Shown: one piece after another, positions 22,701 through 30,310 of the stretch
How the letters are laid out: each line of letters opens with the position of its first letter
Position numbering within the stretch: position 1 is the first letter of the stretch
From: Candidatus Saccharimonadota bacterium
Lineage (GTDB): Bacteria > Patescibacteriota > Gracilibacteria > BD1-5 > UBA6164
Length of the DNA stretch: 32,000 nucleotides
Assembly (NCBI GenBank): GCA_004563595.2
Contig: CP042461.1
Span: 1,200,001 to 1,232,000, forward strand
Direction: 5' to 3'
The notes under the pieces: generated by a model
What the model was told of the DNA's origin: nothing
The model's database searches: none
What the model saw: only the letters and a program-made list of their open reading frames with translations
Program-made: the position numbers and the translations under genes

Positions 22701-25528
22701 GTTCCTGCTTGCCATTGCCATCCTGGTTGCATAAGAACCCACGCACTAAAGTACACCTCATCATACTCTTGATCTAAGCTTTTCATCAAAATAGAATCCG
22801 AATAGTAATTTGCCTCGTCTGATGTATGATTCGATTCACTTGTTTTAATCCACGACTTTCCTTCCGTCCCTCTTTTTACATCACCTGAAATTCTTTGACC
22901 TGCCTTCTTTGTTGAATAACCATTATCAGGGTGCCAATTATCATCGGAATTACGATAAAATGTCCAATCTTGAGGTACATCATCATCACATATACCTGTT
23001 ACTCCTGCACCTGTACAGACAGTTGAAGTAGGAGAAGGATACCAATCTGGGTGATCATCAAAATTATCTTCAAAAAGAATATTTCCTCCACTCGATATAG
23101 GAGTACTTGCTACTGAAAAACTAATAGTATAGTCTGATGTATTTTCATTACTACTTTCATCTTCACATCTTACATAGTAGGTATATGAATTCCCATTTGT
23201 TAACCCTGCTATATTTACTGAATGTGACGTACTACTTATTACAATAAAAGTGTCACTCATTCATGCATAGGTTGCATTCGCTGTTGGTGAATATTTACAC
23301 GTCGCTGTTTCATCTGTTGAAACACTCAAAGTTGTATTTGTAGTTCCTGATGAAAGTTCTCCTGTTGGACCCCCATTTGATAATACGGGTGCGGTAGTAT
23401 CTGATGGTAATGCCCCTGACCCAATAACATAATTTATTGGTAATCTCCCATCTTTTGGTGATTCATCCCATAACGGATGTGATGAATCAATTGGTGTATA
23501 TGCCACAAAATCATCTATTGCATACGAAAGTTCTTTGTTATTTGAAGGGTCTGAAAAGAAATTGTTCCAGTTTCAGCCAATAGATACAAAATTAAATCCT
23601 AGATCTGCCGGTGATCATGCATATCTCCATTGAGCATCACTACGAGAATATTGTTCTACTCCATCAATCCACATACTAAATTCTCCATCAGCAATACCTG
23701 GAGTTGAATTATTCTTTACATAAAGTTCTAGTTTATGCCATGAACCATCTCACATTGTTTCTTTAAATGTTGGGTTCCCCGCAGGAGTATAATCTATTTC
23801 ACCGGTACATGTCATTCCCTCTGGACATACAAATACTGGATCATATCATATTTCATTATCGCAATAATAATTATCTTCTTGATTATCACACCTCGGTTCA
23901 TGATGACCTCTCCATCCCCATTGAGTAGAATTTTTTAATTGAAGCAAGTACATAGGTCCTGTATTTCCAGCACCTCAAAGTTGAAATACATTCACTCCAG
24001 TACCACTATCAACATGTCCCATACGTGTTAGTTTCAATTCTCCATTTCAAGGGCTTACCCATTCCCATTCTGCAGGAAATTTAATCCAAAAACTTGTATG
24101 GATTTCATCATAATCTTCTTCCAAAACTTTCATCAAGATTGCATCTGAATAATAGTTTGATTCACCAATTGAGTGGTCTGATTCACTTGATTTAATCCAT
24201 GCTTTTCAACTTGCTCATCTAAACTCATCACTTGAAATCCTTTGCCCATAGTTATGACTTGGATATCAAGTTGATGGATTCCATTGATCTGTATGACGAT
24301 ACCATGTCCAACCTAATGGAATATCATCATCAGGACATTTTTCAGCCCAGAATCATCCACACTCTGATCATGTTGGTGTCCATTCATTATGACCATCAAA
24401 ATCATCTTCAAAAAGAATATTTCCTCCGGTAGGTTCTACTAAATTTGCTACCGAAAAATTAATAAGGTAGTCTGATATATTTTCATTTGAATCTCCATCT
24501 ATACATCTGACATAGTATCTATATAAATTTCCATCTGTAAGTCATCACACACTTACAGTATGTGATTGAGCTCATGTAGTCGAAAAACTATTTGTCATTA
24601 ATCCATATGCTATGTTTGCAGTTGTTGAATATTTACAAAATGCATTTTCATCTGTTGAAACACTCAAAATTACATTTGTTGTTCCTGATGATTGCTCACC
24701 ACTTGGAGCTCCATTTGAAAGAATTGGAGCTATTGCAGGTGGAGTATATCATGAAGTAGCTATATCATCGTTATAATCAGTAAGTATCTCTGCCGCACTC
24801 AATGCTTCATTATATATTTTTAATTCATCAATAGCTCCATCAAAAGTACGTGATCCATCTGGATTCGCTCATATACTAACTGGCACTGCAGAACTTTGTG
24901 CCACTGGTCAATTTGCTCATGTAGATGATCCAGCTTCAACACCATTTACATAGATTCTCATCGTTGTTTGATCATATGTAGCTGTTATTTGTTGCCATAC
25001 TCAAGCTTGAAGTTCTACATTATTTCATACTAGCGTTACTGTCTCTTGATCAGATTTTAAACGAAAACGAGGATAATATTTTCCACCTTCATCCATAGTA
25101 CTTATCATCCAGTAATGATCAGCTCCAGAGGAGCTTGTTGTTTTTGAAATGATTCTTGCATCTGGAATACCAAAAGTATCTGGTTTTATCCATGCTGAAA
25201 TAGTAAGTCCATTTCATGTTATATCCATATTTCAAAGTGAAATATTTGTATTATTAAAATCAATAGCTGAGTTTATAAGACCTGGAGACCAAGCCCCATT
25301 TGTAATAGTTCATTGGCTCCCATAAACATCTCAAAGTACTGTTCAGGTATTTTCATCAAATGAATAATAATGTATTTGGCTTGCAGGGGCTGCATATATT
25401 AATTGGAAATTATATATATATAACAATAAAGTCATTGTTAGTAACACCAAAAATGATGATATTTTTTTTCTGTAAACAGATATTTGCATAATAAATAATC
25501 CTTTAAAAAATATTAGGTATATTAACAT
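14036..25528 (-). CDS. Giant secreted modular surface protein A (3830 aa): putative adhesin / polysaccharide-binding or -degrading protein
   Basis: All minus-strand ORF-track fragments share one frame (14285-14566, 16799-17032, 17519-17932, 17957-18286, 19553-19771, 21050-21433, 21890-22618, 22673-23260, 23261-23506, 25343-25528). I scanned every codon between them and found no TAA/TAG, only TGA.
- Start: the N-terminus is MLIYLIFFKGLFIMQISVYRKKISSFLVLLTMTLLLYIYNFQLIYAAPASQ. It looks like a signal peptide, and the true start may be the second ATG at 25489.
- Stop: TAA at 14036-14038. Confidence 0.85.
14851..17584 (-). repeat. Tandem array of 9 coding repeats (303-306 bp each, ~101-aa Ig-like units) in gene A
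   Basis: The FSVA-encoding marker (ctactga/ctacaga on the plus strand) recurs at 14851, 15157, 15463, 15766, 16069, 16372, 16675, 16978 and 17281. The unit consensus is DTTAPxLSNGxPSGEQxxGTTNxxLxxxTDExAxC(K/R)YSxxxxxxYxxMxxxFxxTGxxxHxxxxTGLTDGxxYxYYVRCxDxxGNxNxxDYxxxFSVA. Four more dispersed copies lie at about 18765-19060, 21745-22030, 23105-23400 and 24450-24745. Confidence 0.9.
17585..18740 (-). other. Domain of gene A: ~385-aa domain of unknown function, shared with giant gene B
   Basis: LTLDNISYQGAFRLPSGNFGVGDYANASFSYGAIGFNADNNSLFVAGHEYGKSIAEFSIP ... LGMSGGHESGMSYG ... YYWMYDVNDLVDVKNG ... IAAYKF. The C-terminal ~190 aa align to gene B residues encoded at 31432-32000 (GMSGMHESGGGYK...YIWLWDVNDFLDVKNG...ILAYKI). 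Confidence 0.5.
19078..20404 (-). other. Domain of gene A: right-handed parallel beta-helix (pectate-lyase fold)
   Basis: The entry motif is IYFVNSTDTFGDGSFTSPFSYKQA...IQPGDILYFRGGTYSE. It is followed by repeated N-rich rungs (NIVLGNAIHG, NNTFYNSGY, FDNNIVH, NLSNNLYYG). The characteristic ending is LDPLFVNTSSDNLNIESGSPAVDSG...ARDLNGIMRQGTYDIGAYEY. Confidence 0.7.
20405..20700 (-). other. Domain of gene A: IPT/TIG-like Ig domain
   Basis: GVAVTVWGKNFGSSRGSSYISVGGVDLTSDSDYEQWGD...ITFYLNSSMGVGDLDIKLHIGGQESNTLPFTIRDG follows the typical G..vti.G.NFG...g.v.vGG pattern. Confidence 0.55.
20822..21721 (-). other. Domain of gene A: beta-jelly-roll module 3
   Basis: Starts GGNILFEDNFDDHPDWYVADGSEECDG. 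Continues ...GGWHHLEIKVGMNSALGVADGTAQYWLDGVEE...FGIGGNTYNWFSD...WYAIDDVVVYTPID. Confidence 0.55.
22118..23092 (-). other. Domain of gene A: beta-jelly-roll module 2
   Basis: Starts GGNILFEDNFDDHPDWYPSP. Continues ...GEWHHIELRVKMNSTPGVEDGIFQFWLDGLLE...FISIGGNWNNWYSD...WYAVDDVVTYTPID. Confidence 0.55.
23485..24427 (-). other. Domain of gene A: beta-jelly-roll module 1 (ConA-like lectin/glucanase/polysaccharide-lyase-like)
   Basis: Starts GGNILFEDDFDGHNEW. Continues ...DGSWHKLELYVKNNSTPGIADGEFSMWIDGVEQ...FVSIGGNWNNFFSD...YAIDDFVAYTPID. It is homologous to modules 2 and 3. Confidence 0.55.
24785..25370 (-). other. Domain of gene A: LamG / concanavalin-A-like (Laminin_G_3-type)
   Basis: ISAWIKPDTFG...RIISK...VELQAGVWQQITATYDQTTMRIYVNGVEAG...VSIGANPDGSRTFDGAIDELKIYNEALSAAEIL is the classic Laminin_G_3 ending. 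Confidence 0.75.
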
Positions 25529-25532
25529 ATAA

Positions 25533-25562
25533 ATTTTATCATATTTTATAGTTTAGAGTCAA
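25533..25562 (-). promoter_or_regulatory. Candidate sigma70-type promoter for giant gene A
   Basis: The minus strand reads TTGACT (25562-25557), an 18-nt spacer, then TAAAAT (25538-25533). The -10 element ends 4 nt before ATG 25528, so either the mRNA is nearly leaderless or the real start is ATG 25489. Confidence 0.3.
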
Positions 25563-25572
25563 TAAAGATCTG

Positions 25573-25601
25573 TTGACAATGTAGCCATTAGTTTGAATAA
25601 T
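25573..25601 (+). promoter_or_regulatory. Candidate sigma70-type promoter for the pilin gene
   Basis: TTGACA (25573-25578), a 17-nt spacer, then AATAAT (25596-25601). This is about 105 nt upstream of ATG 25708. Confidence 0.35.
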
Positions 25602-25707
25602 ATTTTTTTATTACCAACAAGTAAAAAAAACTTTAAAATCATATTTTTTCAAGTATATTAAAAAAAAAGAAAATCTATTTTTATTCCTTTAAAATCATAT
25701 TACAAAG

Positions 25708-27516
25708 ATGAATATACAAAAAAAATGATTTACCCTTGTAGAACTTATCGTTGTTATCACAATACTTGCAATACTCTGAACCATAGCTTTTTTATCATTT
25801 CAATGATATAGTCGACAAGCAAGAGACAGTGTAAGAATATCTAATTATTCAAATATAAATACGACGCTTGAAGTCTATGAAGTACGAGCATGAAAATATC
25901 CAAAACCTGAAAACACTGACACCATTAGTTATGCAGGAGTAAATATTTGGCAGCAATGAGTGATATGAGAGAGAATACAATCTCTCCTAAGAATTGCATG
26001 AGATTTAAACGATACAAAATTTGGAAGTGAAATATCATACTCCGTAACTACTTCATGAAAAGATTATGAAATTGCTTGATTATTTGAATGATCTGAACTA
26101 ACCCAAAATGTTACAAATCAAACATATGCATCAACTGATGTGATTGCCTATGTCTGATGAAGTTATAACTCAAAATATTTAAAAACAAGTACTGGGTGAG
26201 AAACTCATATTATTTCCATCCCAAGTTTAATACTTAATACAAGGTGAGTTGATCAAGAAATCCAAGTCTGAGTTCAAAGTAATAATTTTGTTATAGGAAA
26301 TAAAAAAACTATTCCATGAAGTTTTATTTGATGAGATTTCAATTCCGAAGAAATAGTATTTACTTCTAGGTTGTTATACCAATGAACTGATTGTTCACCT
26401 CTCAATGAAATGGCCTATTATAATCTTGAAGTGGGGTTAAAACAATCTTACTGAACAGGTACTTTCCAAACTATAGAAAAATATGATCAATATCAAACAT
26501 GATATATTCATCCGTTCTATTTAGAAGAAAATGCATTACTACTTGGAAAAGAATTAAGATGTTCAAGTAACCCTATTTTTCTAAAGTCAGATGAGGTGTT
26601 ACCTCTTAGTTGTGTAAATGAAGATGGTACTTTTGAATGATTTTCATCTTGAGATCTTATAAGTGATAGTTGTTTACATACTTATGAATGAGATTCCGAT
26701 TGGATCGTTGAAAATTGAAGTTGAAACTGAGGGTGAAATGCTGTAAGAAACATTCCTGCTTTAGGAGGTAACAAAACAACATCACTTATATATAATATGG
26801 TCTTAAATAAGACGGCTAATCTTAAATTTGATTATAAGTTAGATTTTGATTATTGAGAAGTAACCTTTTATATTAATTGAGTAAAGTATGAGAAATGGGG
26901 GTATGAAACTTGAGGTATAACAAATGGAGTTGGTGCTTACCAAACCTATACTACGTCACTCCTACCACCATGACAATATGAATTTAAATTTGAAGCGTAT
27001 ACAAAATCACCTCCTAATGCATATGCAAATTTATATATAGATAATATTGTTATAGACGAGACTTGTATTGATGGATGACCTACATGTGGATGGACTCTAT
27101 GATTTGAAGATGGGAGCACTAATCCATATGATTTATTTTCTTTCTCTTGAGTTTCAACAACACCTTGGACAAGAATAACTGACTCTTCAGAATGAACTTA
27201 TGCTCTAAAAAATCCTATACTTGGACAAAACGAAAGTACATATTTAACTTATGAGAAGACTCTTACACAAACGGGGGCTCTCAACTTTGATTATAAATTG
27301 TCACAAAGCACTGCAATCGTTTACTTTTCTATTAATTGAGCTACAGACGATTCATGGTGATATTCAAAATCCTATACCTGATCCACAAACTATCAATCAT
27401 ACACCACCTCTAGCTTGCCCCCTTGAACATATCAATTTCAATTTCAAGTACGTACTCTGAGTTATAGTAATCCATATGCGAATTTTTATCTTGATAATAT
27501 AACTATAACTCCATAG
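25708..27516 (+). CDS. Large type IV pilin / pseudopilin-like protein (602 aa) with two C-terminal beta-sandwich (MAM/CBM-like) modules
   Basis: The whole frame was hand-translated and contains only TGA interruptions.
- N-terminus: MNIQKKGFTLVELIVVITILAILGTIAFLSF is a canonical prepilin signal (G|FTLxE, Glu5). The cleavage-site Gly is a TGA codon (25726-25728).
- C-terminus: two related modules end in ...YTTSLLPPGQYEFKFEAYTKSPPNAYANLYIDNIVID (about 26690-27075) and ...YTTSSLPPGTYQFQFQVRTLSYSNPYANFYLDNITIT (about 27076-27513). Confidence 0.85.
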
Positions 27517-27529
27517 TAAACAATCACAC

Positions 27530-27567
27530 AAAAAAACAGATACTCATTTGCGAGTATCTGTTTTTTT
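27530..27567. terminator. Bidirectional intrinsic terminator shared by the convergent pilin gene and giant gene B
   Basis: Stem cagatactc (27537-27545) / gagtatctg (27552-27560), flanked by an A-run and a T-run. It lies 14 nt after the pilin TAG and 4 nt before the gene B TAA. It is a paralog of the terminator at 13996-14031, with one loop substitution. Confidence 0.8.
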
Positions 27568-30310
27568 GTAATTAAGACTTCAGACTTTTCAAGAAGATTA
27601 AATAAGTTTTTTCAATATTACTTTTTAATATCTTCATCTTGATCTTGTAGTTAATTCCCTTCTCCTTGTTATTCTTTGTTAAGATATAAGAGTCTATATT
27701 TTTCAATAACTTTGTCTTGAAGAATAGTACCTTTATACTTTTCTCCTTCTTGTATTTAATAATAAGAGTATCTAATCTTGCTCAAAGTTTGTTCACTATA
27801 TCATTCTCTGATAAGTATACTCACACATTACTTGCTGTTCCAGTTTCTACTGTTACAGTTGTATTGGCTTCTCTTTTCAATGCTTTTGCAAAGAGTTTGA
27901 ACGTTGCCAGTATCTTCACTTTGTGTTCTCTTGTACTTTGTTTCGCTTGTCTGGCTAATATATAATTCTCTACGTCTTTGATAAAAGTATTTCTGTATTC
28001 TATTACTTTGTCATCATTATCTTTCTTCTTTTGTTCGATTACTTTGTCCACTCTCTTCTCTATCAATTGAAGGATTGTCATTTCTGAATGGTATTTCTTC
28101 AATGTTCATCATCATGTACTGTCTGTACTACTTCATGTTCATGTTCATCCACTATTCAACTCTACTACATCTTCTTCTCAACAGAGACTTCATAGTTTCC
28201 CATATTTACATGATACTTCGTCTTGTACATACCATTTGTACGTTGTTGTTGATCATGGAGTTAATTTACATGTGAGTTGTTCGTCTTTACAGGTTGGAAT
28301 ATAACTTCATCAACCTCAACCTCCTCATCAGCCTCCTCAACCTCAGCTTGAACTTCAGCCTGATGAACTTCATCAGCTATTTGTACTTGCTGTGGCTACT
28401 GAAAAGTTAATTGTATAGTCTGTTGTTGTTTCATTTGAATCAGTGTCCATACATCTTACATAGTAAGTGTGTGATGTTCCATCTGTCAGTCATGTTATGT
28501 TTGCTGTATGTGTGATTCCTCAGGTTGCTGTTGTAAATATGTCTGTCATTGATCCATATGTTGTATTTACTACTGTTGAGTATTTACATGTTCATATTTC
28601 ATCTGTATTTAATGTCAGATTCACAGCTGTTGTTCCTGATACTTGTTCTCAGTTTGGTAATCCATTTGAGAGTATTGGAGCGGTTACATCAACGAGAGTG
28701 GCTACTGAAAAGTTCAGTGTGTAATCTGTTGTTGTTTCATTACTTGATCCATCCATACATCTTACATAGTATGCATAACTTGTTCCGTTGGTAAGTCATG
28801 TAATATTTGCACTATGTGTGATTCCTCATGTTCCTGTTGTAAGTATGTCTGTCATTGACGCATATGTTGTATTTACTACCGTTGAGTATTTACATGTTCA
28901 TATTTCATCTGTATTTAGTGTCAGATTCACAGCTGTCGTTCCGGATACTTGTTCTCAGTTTGGTAATCCATTTGAGAGTATTGGAGCGGTTACATCAACG
29001 AGAGTGGCTACTGAAAAGTTCAGTACGTAATCTGTTGTTGTTTCGTTTGAACTTGTATCCATACATTTCACATAGTATGTATAACTTGTTCAGTCTATCA
29101 GTCATGTTACATTCGTAGAATGTCCTGTATTTCATGTCGTAGTAAATGTATCTGTCATTGATGCATACGTTGTATTTACTACGGTTGAGTATTTACATGT
29201 TCATGCTTCATTCGTATCTAATGTCAGATTCACGTTTGTTGTTCCTGAAGCTTGTTCTCCGTTTGGAAGTCCATTACTAAGGATCGGTGCTGTTGCATCA
29301 ACTACGTTCGCTACTGAAAAGTTCAGTGTGTAATCTGTGGTTGTTTCATTATTTGATCCATCTATACATCTTACATAATACGTATATGATGTTCCATCTG
29401 TCAGTCATGTTACATTTGTAGAATGACTTGTATTTCATGTCGTTGTAAAGGTATCTGTCATTGATGCATACGTTGTATTTACTACTGTTGAGTATTTACA
29501 TGTTGATGCTTCATTCGTATCTAGTGTCAGATTCACATTTGTTGTTCCTGAGGCTTGTTCTCAGTTTGGAAGTCCATTACTTAAAAATGGTGCTCATGTA
29601 TCTGGAGTATTGGCTACTGAGAAGTTTAATGTATAATCTGTTGTGGTTGCATTAGAGTTTCCATCCATACATCTTATATAATACGTATGTGATGTTCCAT
29701 CTGTAAGTCATGTTATGTTGGTTGTATGGTTTGTATTTCATGTCGTTGTAAATGTGTTTCACATTGCTCAATATGATGTATTTGCATTTGGAGAGTATCT
29801 ACATGTTGCATTTTCATCGGTATCGAGTATCAGATTCACGTTACTTGTTCCTGAGGCTTGTTCTCCACTTGGGGTTCCGTTCGAAAGAATCGGTGCTGTT
29901 GTGTCTGGAGTATTTGCTACTGAGAAATTCAGTGTGTAGTCTGTTGTATTTACATTTGATACTGAGTCGATACATCTTACGTAATACGTATATGATATTC
30001 CATCTATCAGTCATGTTATGTTGGTACTATGTGTTGTATTTCAGGTTGTTGTAAATGTATTCCCTATTCATGCGTATGTAGTATTTGAATTTATTCAATA
30101 TTTACAGGTTGCATTTTCGTCTGTGTCTAATGTGAGATTCACATTTGTTGTTCCTGAGGCTTGTTCTCCACTTGGTGTTCCGTTCGAAAGTACTGGAGCT
30201 GTTGTGTCTGGAGTTACGGCTACAGAAAAGTTTAATGTATAATCTGTTGTTGTTGCATTACTTGATCCATCTATACATCTTACATAATATGTATATGATG
30301 TTGCATCTGC
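27532..30310 (-). repeat. Segmental duplication, copy 2 (partner of 13996-16765)
   Basis: See copy 1. The plus-strand shadow ORFs 30018-30242 and 16473-16697 translate to identical 74-aa strings. Shadow ORFs 29461-29655 and 15916-16110 differ at 2 of 64 positions. Confidence 0.9.

Noticed and set aside
13996-30310. Near-identical repeated segments as a diversity-generating retroelement (template/variable repeat pair).
   Set aside because: There is no reverse transcriptase in the window. The blocks are 2.8 kb long and include a terminator. The differences I saw are scattered transitions, transversions and an indel rather than adenine-specific substitutions.
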